DNA of 64,000 bases from Blepharisma stoltei ATCC 30299 (taxonomy: Eukaryota; Protista; Ciliophora), in NCBI GenBank assembly GCA_965603825.1, contig CBFDEM010000030.1:62001-126000 (forward strand). Direction: 5' to 3'. The position numbers and the translations under genes are program-made. Below, one piece after another: positions 24,301 to 38,000 of this stretch. How positions within the stretch are numbered: position 1 is the first letter of the stretch; each line of letters opens with the position of its first letter. The notes below the pieces were generated by a model. It was given only the letters and a program-made list of their open reading frames with translations, was not told the origin of the DNA and made no database searches.

Positions 24301-25824
24301 ATGGTAAGAATGTCAAAGAATTCCGCATATAAGCCTAAATCTCTTTCAAGTGTTTATATAAAAATATTCATCAATTATATCCAGCTTATAGCACTAACCA
24401 CAACTTTTAGTCTATCCTGGCCAAGCTACGTAAAGCACCTATTTTCTGTACAAAATAACGCAAGCTTTATAAGTGACCAAATTTTTTCTTTTGATTGTCT
24501 CTTATATTACAATGAAGATTTGAAGGGAGATGAGTCAGACATTTTTTATCAAAAATTATTTGTCATGGCTATTTTACCAATTTTTATTCCATTTATCGCA
24601 GCTATTTGTTGATCTTTTATATTACTATTAAAAAAAAACTGTGCTTTGCTGGTGGATCATATTGTGACCACTTCAATTATTGTATCCTTTTTAGTCCACC
24701 CAAGCTTAATAAAGTATTATTTTAGCTCTTTTGATTGTACTGAGCTTGATTATGGCAAAGATTGACTGGTTGATGACTTGAATTTAAGGTGCTGGGACAG
24801 TCAGCATGTGTTTTATATAACTGCTATTTCTTTTCCAGCTATTCTGCTGTGGGGAATCGGGATACCAACAACTTGCTTATTTTTAATTATGAAAAATAAG
24901 GACAGACTCAACGATATAAACATCAGGATCAAATATGGATTTTTATTTAACGGGTATAAAAGCAGAAGCTATTATTGGGAATTTGTGATCATTTATAGAA
25001 AAATAATAATAATTTGCTGCACTGTGTTTTTGGCAACGGTATCTGTCAACATCCAAGCTCTTACGACTCTTTTCGTATTAGTAGCCTGCCTGTATTTCCA
25101 TTGCAAAATAAAACCTTATAACGGGGACGATTTAAACAGACTTGAAGCCATTTCTATTTCAGCCTCCGCAATCACAATTTATTGTGGAATGTATTATTTA
25201 ACTAAATCTCTCGACCAATTCACTGAGCTCCTATTTTTTATCGCCATTATTTCAGCAAATTCGTATTTTGTGATTTATTGGGGTTTTAAAGCTGGAAATG
25301 CCTATCTCACCATGATAGTCGAAAAAATCCCTTATTTGAAGAAAAAATTCCACACTCAAAACTACAATATTATGAGCGATGCTTCTTTTAGAGAAGATAA
25401 AACTAGCAGAATCGGGGAATCTTCACGTGAACTAATCCTAAGTTCTATTAAAAGGGAAAATTTAAACCCTCAAGGGGTGATTTTCAAAGACTTCAACATG
25501 ATGAAGCTGTTTTTACGAAATTTGAAAGGAAATATGACAATTAATGATAAAAATTTTGAAAATATTGTCGAAAAAGATAAAATTGAAGAAAAGAAAAACA
25601 TTGAAGAAGGTGACATTCAAGAAATAAACATAGATGAAAACAGTTTTGAAGTAAAATTCGTTGAGGCTAATCACGCAGAAGAGAGCAATTATGAAGAAGT
25701 TAGTGTAGATGAAGTGAAAATTGAGGAAGAAGAAAAAATTGATGTGGATGAAATTGTTATAATCGACCCGTTTTTAACAAAAGCAGGGTCAAGCGATTTC
25801 TCATTAATCGTAGATGATCTATAA
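18310..25824 (+). CDS. LNR-repeat / pectin-lyase-like beta-helix / multi-TM receptor-like protein, copy 2, ~2494 aa
   Basis: All ORF fragments from 18448 to 25824 are in one frame, broken only by TGA. It has a signal peptide, C..GDG.CD..CN...C.YD.GDC repeats, N.A..GGA(I/V) repeats, a Cys-rich juxtamembrane region, a YGFLFNGY...YYWEFV..YRK TM domain and an acidic tail. Confidence 0.9.
18403..18417 (+). other. 15-nt intron 1 of receptor copy 2 (GTAACTTTAACATAG)
   Basis: Conserved position, A10, ends in an in-frame TAG. Confidence 0.9.
18647..18661 (+). other. 15-nt intron 2 of receptor copy 2 (GTAAAGGCTATTTAG)
   Basis: Same position as the frame-breaking introns of copies 1, 3 and 5. A10, no stop codon. 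Confidence 0.85.
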
Positions 25825-26865
25825 ATATAAGTATGATTATGTATAAGTAAAATGGGTGAATCATGCAAATAAATTATTTTATCTCTCTAGATTTGCAGAA
25901 GTTAAGAACCATTTTCATAGAAGGAAAAAATTTAAGTAGATATAAATTTTATTAATTTTCTAATCCAGTAATAAACCCCAAAAATTTTTGTAAATAATCT
26001 TAAATTTTAGAATGCCAAAAAGGGATATGATTTTTATTATGAATTCAGATAATTGTTTAAGTTCAAGGGTTTTGTTATTAATAAATCAATTATTTAGCTG
26101 TAAAAACTTTATATCTTGATATTGAGTAATGATTTTTTAAATTTTAATTTTAAATTTAATTAAGAGGCTTCTCAAGAACTTTTTACCTTAATTTTTAAGC
26201 TTTCATTATGCAAGGATTTTATTATGAGTATTTTAATTTGGAAACTGTCATAAATATAAGACTTTAGCTCAAATTTCTCAAATGTTAGGCTAATAGCTAT
26301 TATTTTATTGAAAAATGCTATGATAATTTTTTATACAGAAATTGCATATTTAATTTATAAAATTACAAGAATGCTATAGCAAAAGTATAAATCATATGAA
26401 AAAGACCTAAATTAATTAGAATAATTTCTTTTTTATTCATAATTTCATATTATTCTGCTGATATAAAAAATTGCGATGAAAAATTTAATAATTTCAACAA
26501 ATTAAAAAATTTAAAGAATATATATTAATCGCTGAAAATAGAGCCTTTAATAGAGAAAAATTAGATCAAATTTATTTATAAATTAAATTTTAGATTCTGC
26601 ACCTTATAATAGGATAAATACTAAATTCTAATATTTTTCTTTGTTTTACTAAAATTCACTTGTAGTGAACTATAATTAATATTTTTGCAAATAGCCTGTC
26701 AGTGATAATAGAATTTTCTAGAAAAATGATCCGAGCAGACAAATAATTAAGCTGCCTAGATATTTTATATGATTCCATAGCTATCGAAGTACATTAATTA
26801 TCTAAGAGTTTCTTAAGAAGAAAGTTGCAAAAAATCTATTGGAGCTTAAAATTAATAATAAAATT

Positions 26866-29800
26866 ATGAGCTTAAAATTTTTCTTTGCTTTGGTCCTTCC
26901 TTCTTTTTCTTTGATGACGAATTTATTGTGCAATCCATCTTGATGCTCTCCTTCATCTGTAACTATTACTTAGAAAGGAGACGGGATTTGTGATCCCGCA
27001 TGCATGGTCTCATTTTGCAATTTTGATTCAAATTCCTCTACAAATCCAAGGCTTAATCCTGAAAATTCTGATTGTTATCAATCTTGCATAAACGAGTATT
27101 CATGCTTGCCTTCTGACCTAGGAAATGGAATTTGTGATAAAAATTGTAATAATCCAATCTGTGGCTATGATTTAGGAGATTGTGGATACTGTGCTTCAGA
27201 CTGTAAATTTTATATTTAGGCTTCCAAGATAATTTGAGTACAAATTGCTATAATTTTTGTGATAATGAAAATTGTTATTATGGTTTAGGATCTTGTACAG
27301 ACTGCTCACCTGGCTGTAATAGGGAAATGCTTGGAGATGGAATTTGTAATAAATCTTGTAATGTTTCTTCGTGCAATTATGATTTTGGAGATTGTAATAA
27401 CAATCATTGCAGTCCAGACTGTGAACCTTGAATGATAGGAGATAATAATTGTAATAGGGAGTGTAATAACCAAGCTTGCAATTGAGATGGAGGAGATTGC
27501 GATTGTTCGAGAGGCTGTCATTCTTATATGAAGTCTAATGGGATTTGTGATGCAGCTTGTGATACATCAGTTTGTGATTATGATGGAGGAGACTGCCAAA
27601 AATGTGCTCCTGGATGTCTAAAGTCAATGCTTGGAAATGGGGTTTGTAATCCTGCTTGTAATGTAAATGACTGTCATTATGATAATTATGAGTGTGGCTG
27701 TGCTGATGGTTGTGGAATAGAAAGCTATGGACAATGCAATGATTACTGCATGAACTCTTTTTGCCGATATGATACTATTAATAGCACTTCTAAGTGCCAG
27801 AACACAAACCAGATTTTATTTGCTTTACATTATGGGCTTATATTTAAAAATCTTACAGTAAACGTCAGCACATATAATTGTACAAGCGTATCAAGCTGCT
27901 TGGCTACAGAAGTTCTTGATCCAAACAATTGTTACTCAAATTGTAGGAGAGCTGCTTGCATTAATTCGTGGAATAAATGTTCATACAATTTTTGCTCTGA
28001 CTATAACTGTCAATCTTGCAATTCGTGGGGTGCAGGGGACTGTTTTAAATGCAAAACAAACATGTACCAATTTTATGGGTATTGCCTTGCTTCATGCCCA
28101 GGTGGGCATGAAGCTGTTAATTTGCTTGGAAATTATCCGGTTTGTTTAGTTCCCAAAGACTACTCAACTAAAGAAAATCCTGCAGTTTATTATGTGACGG
28201 CAAAGACAAGCACTGACATATATGGTGGAAATGGGACTTTTTCTAATCCTTTTACGTCACTTTCTCTAGCTTTGGCTTCGATTTATAATAATTATGCCAT
28301 TATTTATCTGTTGAATGATGGGACTCATTATCTGACGTGTGTTAGCACAAGCAACCCAATAAGCACTGTATTAGTAGACGCCTGCAATCCTTTATCTAAA
28401 AGTGTCAATATCTCAAGCTTGGTCATTGCCCCGTATGAAAACTTTACAATTACATTAAAACTGAAGCCAGACAACAAATTTTTAACTTTTACATTATCAA
28501 ATACTACAAACCTTACGATAAAAAATATTGTTTTTAGTGGAGAAGATATTCTTACTGCATGCCCATCATCGAATCCTTATTGTACTTATTGTGCAAATAC
28601 TACTTTAAAGTCTGATGGATTTTATTATAGTGACCAAGGGACTAAGCTTTCTACTTATTTAAGTACGACAACCTGCAGCAGTTATCGAGCTAAAACTATA
28701 TTTAATTTATTTTTTGGATCAAAATTGACATTGAGAAACGTAAACTTCACAAATTGAAGGATGGAATTAAAATCCATCGTCACAAGTTATGGAGGAAATG
28801 TGACCTTTAGTAATGTAAATTTTGACAATATTAGATGCTATTGAAATCAAGCTGTCCAGCCAGGACAATCAGCATCACAACAAAGTAAATATTCAGTGAT
28901 TTATTTTCTGGATTGTGGAGATCCTAATTATAACTGTGGAAGCTTTGACTATACAAATGGGACTGTCTCTAGACTCAACAATGGCTATGAGTATGGGGCA
29001 GCACAATTTTCAGGGTTTTTGAGTGCAGATAAAATCAGGACCGTAAAGCTGAAAAACGTGAATTTTGTTAACAATATTGTATATTCTCCATATGTCGCAT
29101 CTAGCACTTATTCTTTGATAAAGCTAGCTATATATAGGTCAATTGAAATTTCTCACTGTACTTTTGAAAAAAATGCAGCTAATTATGGACTTATTTATTT
29201 GGAACCAATAGCATTAGTATTCAGAAATGATGTAAATTTTAATAAAGAATTTATTGATTTGCTGCTTTATCACGTGTATATACATGATTCTATTTTTAAA
29301 AACAATTACGGACAATTTGCAGGAATTTTATCAATTACTTATCTGTCTGAGCTGCAAAATATTTTATTAGACAATTTATTTATTAATGGAAATGGAGTTT
29401 TGTCAGGGCCTTTGATAATTGTGGATAACCAATATTATTCTAATCAATATCTGACTGACACAGCTGTAAATATAACTGATACAAAATCCAATTTAGTTGA
29501 GGCAATTTTTAAAAAGCGAAAATTTATCTTTAAGAGCTCTGTAATTACAAATAATTATTCAGGAGGAAAAGGAATTTTTGGTCTCAATCAACTTGTTAAT
29601 TTGGAGATATATAATATGACTGTAGAGTCAAATGGAAGTTCTGAGACTCAAAACATAAATACAATTCTATGAAATTATTATATAGCTGACAGTAATATGT
29701 ATACCAAAAGTGCTGTTTCTCGTCCAAATAGCATAGATTGTCTAGCTTTATGGTCAGCTAGTTCTTGCTATAGCTATGAAATATCAGAAAGTATATTTAT

Positions 29801-32800
29801 AAACAATATTTGTCAAAAATCGTGCCCCTTTTTATATTATGAGTTGATTGAGGACCTTAGAATTACTGATTGTAGTTTTGAAGGAAATTCAGGATCTTCA
29901 GATAAAGGAATTTGTATATTAACCGTAGGTGCTGGAAATGTTTGAATTATAAACTCTACCTTCAATAATAACACAAATAATAATTCTAAGGGCTTCGGCG
30001 CTTTATCTTTTTTTGAAAGCTTAGAAAATATTTCTATAGAAAACACAATTATATCAAATAATTCTGCTAATTATAGTTCAGGAATCTATTTTGAAGGTGG
30101 ATCTTTGATATTGACTAACGTAACACTAGAGTCAAATAAGGCGAGCTCAGGACTTGGAGCTGTTTATTTCTCAGTTTTTACAGGAGCAGATACTCACAAA
30201 ATTGATATAAAAAATTCTCTATTTAAAGAAAATCAAAGTCATGACGTGAAAGGAGGCGCAATATATATATCAGGCTCATTATTGTCGCAGGATCCTATTA
30301 ACTTAATAATAAAAGAGAATTTATTTACATATAATTCAGCTCCAAGTGGCTCTGCAATGTATATAGAAAATAGCGCAGTTCTTACACACGACTCAGTAAT
30401 CGAGTCTTGCATATTCAGTCAAAATACTGCTGAAGCAAAAGGAACTATCGCGAATTATTTCCAATACGGAATTCTCAATATCTCAAATTGTCTATTTATT
30501 TCAAATCACGCTGAGCTTGGATCTGCCTTATATTTTGCGGCTTCAGAACAGTCAAGCCCTGAAAAGTCAAAAATCATTTTTAATTCATGCAATTTTACTC
30601 TTAATTCTGGAATAAATGTTTTATGCACTGATGATATGGCAATTTATTCTTATATTGAGACAATTAAATGTATTTTTCAAAAAAATGAAGGACTTGCTAT
30701 CTATCTTGTTCATGACCATTGAAAAGATACAGAATCTATTATAGCAAATTCAACAATAACTGCTGGAACTGTATATTTAACCTCAAATGCAACAGCTGAT
30801 TGTGAGCTAACCACTTTTACGAACAATACTTCAACACAATATGCAGGAGCTATCAGGGCTGAAGGCAACTCATATTTTCACTGCAACCAATGCGTTTTCT
30901 ATCAAAATAGTGCTGAGTATGGAGGAGTCCTTTATTTTGACCAATTGTCTTATTTTTCTATTGAAAATTCAAAATTTAACAATAATTTTTGTACTGATAA
31001 AGGTGCAGTTATATATGTAATTGGCTCTAAAACCTACAGTGTTTTGAAAAATTCTGAGTTATATTATAACCATGCAGAATCAGAAGGTTTAATTTATTCA
31101 CTGACGTCAAATATTAAAATTGATAACTGCAAAATATGAGACAATACAGCTAATAGGATTACTCCAGGGATTTATTTGACGCTTTCAAACCTCACGATTA
31201 TGAGCTCCCAGTTTAATGACCAAGAAGGAAATTATGGAAGTTTTGTATATTTGGCTTCAGATAGTGGCTTAGTGGTAAAAAATTCAAGTTTTAAAAATGG
31301 AAAATCATATGAGTCAGGTGGGTCAATTTATGCTCTTTCTAGCTCTGTGAGCTTGGCAAATACCATATTTATAAATTCCACGTCAAGTGTTGGGAATGCG
31401 ATTTTGGCATTTTCGACAGCTTTGAATATTTCTCAATGCCAGTTTTTAAATACTTATAGCTCAGGCTCTGGAGGAGTTATAAGTATTTTTGGGAATCATG
31501 CTTTTATTGAAAAATCTTTTTTTGAAAATTTCGCTTATTCAGCTATTGATGGCAGTGAAATGGAATCTTTGAAAATAATAGGAACTAGCTTTAAAAATAG
31601 CCTGGGAAAAGTAGGAGGAGCCATTAATTCTATAAACAGCGCTTATATTTATATAGATTCCTGCTATTTCAATAACAACACATCTATTTATGGTGGCGCT
31701 TTATATTTCACTTTTACGTCAAACACTATTAATAGCCAAAACTATGAAATAATTTCTACGGAATTTGTAAATAATACGTCGTCAGCTGGAGGAGCGATTT
31801 ATCTGAATAATATAAACATTGAGATAAAATTTTGTGAATTTTATGAAAATAAAGCATTTATGACTTCTCAAATATCTGGATTTACTCATGAGTCAGGGAT
31901 TGGAGGAGCAATATATTTTGGTTGTAGCTATTCAGGAGAATGCAATTTTAATGTGTTTTCTAATGTTTTTGTAGGGAATTCAGCAGATTATGAAGGGGGA
32001 GCAATTGATTGATTTGACGTTATGCCAAAATTCGTAAATAATTTATTTGAGAATAATAAAGCGATATATGGCGAAAATATAGCGTCTTATCCTGTGAGTA
32101 TGAAAATTATTAACAGTAATTGGACTGGAGGACTAAATGATTTGGCATCTGGGCAGCTAACTACAACCCCTTTAGTTATTGGTCTTATTGATCATTTAGG
32201 CTATATTGTTTCTACAGATAACTCTAGTGTGGGGGAATTAATATCACTTTCACAAGATATAGTTCTATCAGACGAGCTAAAAGTTACAGCAGTCAATGGG
32301 ATTTTTACATTTTCCTCATTTATAATCTCAGCTGAGCCTGGAAGCAATTTTTCTATAGAAATTCAAACAAATGGTATTGATGCGTCTAAAAGTATTAAAG
32401 CAAATGATGGGCTGACTTATAATTCAAGCATACTTGTAGATGTAACATTAAGAGATTGTGTATTAGGTGAAGCTAAAGTTGGCACTAATTGTGTGGTTTG
32501 CCCAAAAGAATTTTATAGTTTAAATCCAAATAGTGAGCAATGTTTAGCATGTCCTGATGAAGCAATTTGTTATGGAAATTACACAATGGTACCTAAGCCA
32601 GGATACTGAAGGTCTGATATGCTAAGCATAAAATTTTGATCTTGTCCTTATTCAAATGCCTGCATCGGCTCTGATCTACAAAAAATATCTTATACCGGGA
32701 AATGCCTTGAAGGATATACTGGAAACCTATGCCAAAGCTGTGCATCAGGCTACTCTAAGGCAATGAAAAATCAATGCGAAAAGTGTCAAAGCCTAACTAT

Positions 32801-34385
32801 AATTATTATAAAAACATCAGGAATCGGCCTTGGATTCCTCATACTTTGTTGTTTTATGATTAGAATGACAAAAAAATCTGCATATAGGCCCAAATCTCTT
32901 TCAAGCGTTTATATAAAAATTTTTATTAACTATATTCAGCTTATAGCTCTAACGACAACTTTTAGCTTATCATGGCCAAGTTACGTAAAACACTTATTTT
33001 CTGTACAAAATAATGCGAGCTTTATAAGTGACCAAATTTTTTCATTTGACTGCCTTTTATATTATTATGACGACTTAAAAGGGGACAACGTGATTTTTTA
33101 CCAAAAATTGTTTATCATGGCTGTTTTGCCTATTTTTATACCAATTATTTCGGGTATTTGTTGATATTTAATATCTTTATGCAAAAAATCTTTTGCTTTA
33201 TTTATGAACAATATCGTGACAACTTCAATTATTGTTGCGTTTTTGATCCACCCAAGCTTAATAAAGTATTATTTTAGCTCTTTTGATTGTACTGAGCTCG
33301 ATTATGGCAAAGATTGGCTTGTTGACGACTTGAATTTAAGGTGCTGGGACAGTCAGCATGTGTTTTATATAGCAGCTATTTCTTTTCCAGCTATTCTGCT
33401 ATGGGGAATTGGGATACCAACAACTTGCTTATTTTTAATTATGAAAAATAAGGATAGACTCATCAATATAAATATCAGAATCAAATATGGATTTTTATTC
33501 AATGGGTATAAAGCTAAAAGCTATTATTGGGAGTTTGTAATTATTTACAGAAAAATTATTATTATTAGCTGTTCTGTGTTTTTAGCAACGGTTTCAGTCA
33601 ACATCCAAGCTCTGACTACACTTTTTGTATTAGTTGCCTGCCTATATTTTCAATGCAAAATAAAGCCTTACAACGGGGATGATTTAAACAGACTTGAAGC
33701 CATTTCTATTTCAGCCTCCGCAATAACTATATATTGTGGAATGTATTATTTAACTGGGTCTCTTGATTGATTTACTGAGCTTATATTTTTCATCGCCATT
33801 ATTTCAGCAAATTTATATTTTGTGATTTATTGGGGTATTAAAGCTGGAAATGCTTATATAACCATGATAGTCGAAAAAATCCCATTTTTGAAGAAAAAAT
33901 TCCATCCCGCAAACTACAATATCATCAGTGACTCTTCTTTTAGGAATGCTAAAACAAGCAGAATCGGAGAATCTGCTCGTGAACTGATGCTAAGATCTTA
34001 TCGAAAGGAAAATTTAAATCCCCGAAACATACCTTTTAAAGAAATTAGTATAATGGATTTATTTTTAGGAAATTTGAGAGGAGAATTCATTATCAAAAAT
34101 AAAGAAATTGAAGAAATAGATTTTGAAGAAGATAAGCAAAGCAATCAAGAAAATAATAGTAAACAAAATAAGAGAGTAGAGATTGATATAAAAGAAAACA
34201 GCTTTGAAGATAAATATGTGAATGAGAAAAATGATATTGAGCATGACACATCTAAGGAAGTGGAAAGTAAGGTTAAAGACTATGAAGAAGAAAAAATTGA
34301 TATGGAAGAAATTGTTGTACTTGATCAAGATTTGCTTAAGGCTGCTCCAAGTGAGTTTTCATTAGTTGTGAATGATTTACAATAG
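26866..34385 (+). CDS. LNR-repeat / beta-helix / multi-TM receptor-like protein, copy 3, ~2495 aa
   Basis: ATG 26866, introns 26959-26973 and 27203-27219, then one frame to TAG 34383-34385 with TGA=Trp. Same architecture as copy 2. Confidence 0.9.
26959..26973 (+). other. 15-nt intron 1 of receptor copy 3 (GTAACTATTACTTAG)
   Basis: Conserved position; identical to intron 1 of copy 4. Confidence 0.9.
27203..27219 (+). other. 17-nt intron 2 of receptor copy 3 (GTAAATTTTATATTTAG)
   Basis: Removing these 17 nt restores ...SDCFQDNL. A at positions 10 and 12. Confidence 0.8.
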
Positions 34386-35056
34386 TATAAATTTCAACAA
34401 AATTTAAATAAAATTTAATTTAAGTAAAACTTTTAAAAATATAATAACTTTGTAACTGTATAGATCTAATGTAATAATTTAAGCTTTCTCGATACTTAAA
34501 TAATTAATTCCAAGTTTTATATATAAAAATAGTCTTAATTATATTAGAAAAAAATCGAATTGTTTAGCATCAAAAGTGGTAAGAATCATTCAAGATTTCA
34601 AAAATAAGAATTAAATTGCATAGCGTTTCTATTTTTAAAATTTTTACTTTAAAAACAAGGTCATGATGCTTTTCTGATACAAATTAATTTTTAAGATAAA
34701 GGAGTTTATAAATATTTACTTAAATAAACAAATAATTTAAAAATCAGATTTATTAAAGATCCATCAATTGCATATTGTTTACCTACTGAGCCTAATGACA
34801 TCTAAATCATTCAAAGCAAGGTCATCAAAATTTTAATAGTTACCACTCTATCTCAATAATTTTTTTACTTGTTTAGATCTGTATAACAATCAGAGTTTTT
34901 AGTCTCTTTAATCCTAATTAACTATAACCAGCAGCTATTCTTTATCCTAATAAAAAAGATTTTGTGATAATTATCATCTAGTATTCCATATCAGTATAAA
35001 AATTGTTAAACTACTTTAAATCATGATTAAATATATTTTATTAATATTAGTAAGGT

Positions 35057-38000
35057 ATGAATGGCTTTTTTTTTAATGTTTTTCTCCTGCCTTCATTGTG
35101 CTTGGCGACGAATTTTTTATGCAATCCATTTTGGTGTCCTCCATCATCAGTAACTATTACTTAGAAAGGAGATGGGATCTGTGACCCAAATTGCATGCAT
35201 TCCTTTTGTAATTTTGACTCAAATCTAACTAAAAATCCAAGACTTAATCCTGAAAATTCTGATTGCTATCAATCATGTATAAATGATTTTTCATGCTTGC
35301 CTTCTGACCTTGGAAATGGAATTTGTGATCAAAACTGCAATAATCCAATTTGTGGCTATGATTTTGGAGACTGTGGATACTGCTCTTCAAATTGTAATTT
35401 TTATTTAGGCTTTCAAGACGATTTAAATATAATTTGCTCTGATTCTTGTAATAATGAAAATTGTTATTATGGCTTAGGATCTTGTACAGACTGCTCACCT
35501 GGCTGTAATAGGGAAATGCTTGGAGATGGGATTTGTGATAAATCTTGTAATGTTTCTTCTTGTAACTATGATTTTGGAGACTGCAATAATAATCAATGCA
35601 ATCCAGACTGTGAACTTTGAATGATAGGAGACAATAATTGTAATAGGGAGTGTAATAATCAAGCTTGCAATTGAGATGGAGGAGATTGTGATTGTTCGAG
35701 AGGCTGTCATTCTTATATGAAGTCTAATGGAGTTTGTGATGCAGCTTGTGATACACCAGCTTGTGATTATGATGGAGGAGATTGCCATAAATGCGCTTCT
35801 GGCTGCTTAAAGTCTATGCTTGGAGATGGAGTTTGTAATTCTGCCTGCAATGTAAGCGATTGCCATTATGATAATTATGATTGTGGCTGTGCCGAGGGCT
35901 GCAGTATAGAAAGTTATGGACAATGTCAAGACTCCTGTATGAATTCTTTTTGCCAATATGACACTATTAGTAGCACTTCTAAGTGCCAAAACGCAAACCA
36001 GATTTTATTTGCTTTACATTATGGGCTTATTTATAAAAATCTCACAGCAAATGTAAGCCCAAGCAATTGTACAGATATTTCAAGCTGCTTGCCGATAGAA
36101 GTCCTTGATTCCAGCTCATGCCATATAAACTGTAAGAGAGCTGCTTGTATTTTTTCATGAAATACATGTGCAATTTCCACTTGTGCTGATTCCAATTGCT
36201 TAATTTGTAATACAAAAAGCTTAGGAGATTGTTTTAAATGCAACACAAATACATACCAATTTTATGGTTACTGCCTTACTTCATGCCCAGGTGGCCATCA
36301 AGCTGTCAATTTGCTTGGAAATTATCCAGTTTGTTTAGTTCCCAAAGACTACTCGACTAAAGATAACCCTGCAGTTTATTATGTAACTTCAAAAACAAGC
36401 ACAGACGCTTATGAAGGGAATGGGACTTTTAGCAATCCATTTGCGTCTCTTTCTCTTGCTTTGGCTTCAATTTATAATAAATATGCAATTGTTTATCTTT
36501 TTGACGACGGGAACCATTATATGACCTGTGTTAATACAGCAAACCCTGTGAGCACTATATTAGTTGATGTCTGCAATCCTCTAAACAAAAGCTTCAATAT
36601 AACAAATCTTTCGATTTCCCCATATGGTAATTCCACAATTACAATGAGAGTTATGCCTGAAACCAAATTTTTTGTTTATACACTATCAAATATAACGACT
36701 ATCACAATTAAAAATATTGTTTTCGATGGCGCTAATATTAAAGCAGCCTGCCCATCAACATATCCTTTATGCACTTATTGTGCTAATACCACTCTAAGGT
36801 CTGACGGAAACTATTATAGTGACCAAGGAGTCAAACTTACTACTTATTTAATTTCTATGTGATGTAACCCTTATCATGCAAAAATTTTTTTTAATTTGTA
36901 TTTAGGCTCAAAACTAGTCATGAGAAACGTAAATTTCACTAATTTTAGACAGGAACTGAAATCTGTTATTACAAGTTATGGAGGAAATGTAACACTTACC
37001 AATGTAAATTTTGATAATATGAGATTATATTGGTCACAGGTGGTTCAGGCTCAGCCTGGACAGTCAGCAACGCCTCCTGGAAAATATGCAATAATTTATT
37101 TTCTGGATTGTGGAGATCCGAATTATAACTGTGGAAGCTTTGAGTATACAAATGGGACTGTCTCTAGACTTAATAACGGCTATGAATATGGGGCAGCACA
37201 ATTTTCAGGGTTTTTAAGTGCAGAAAAAATCAGAAATGTAAAGCTGAAAAATGTGACTTTTGTTAACAATATTGTATATACCCCTTATGTCATTTCCACG
37301 ACTTATTCTTTATTAAAAGTGGCTTTATTTCGGTATTTTGAAATTTCTCACTGTACTTTTGAAAAAAATGCAGCTAATTATGGACTTATTTATTTAGAGC
37401 CTACTACATTAAGCTTCAGAAATGACGTCAACTCTTATAATAAACTTATGGATTTATTGTTTTACCATGTAAATATCCATGACTCTATTTTTAAAAATAA
37501 CTTTGGAGAATTTTCAGGAATTTTATCAATTGCGTATCAGTCTCAATTGCAAAAAATTTGATTGGAAAATTTATTTATAAATGCAAATGGAGTGTTATCA
37601 GGACCTTTAATATTAATAAACAATCAGGTTTATTCTTCAGATTATATTACAGATACAACAGTCAGCATAACAGATGAATATGGAAATATTTCGCAAGCAG
37701 TATTTAATAAACGAGACTTTATTTTTAAAAATTCAATAATCACTAATAATTATCCAGGAGGAAGTGGAATTTTTGAAATGATTCAGCTTGTCAATTTGAG
37801 GTTTTATAACATTACTGTAGAGTCTAATGGAAGTTTGGAAACTCAAAATATTAATACAATTCTATGGAATTATTATGTAGCTGACAACAGTTTATACACC
37901 AAAATTCTTGTTCCAAATGCAACTAGCATAGACTGCTTATTTCTATGATCAGCTTCTACCATCACTAATCATGAATTATCAGAAAGTATCTTTATAAAAA

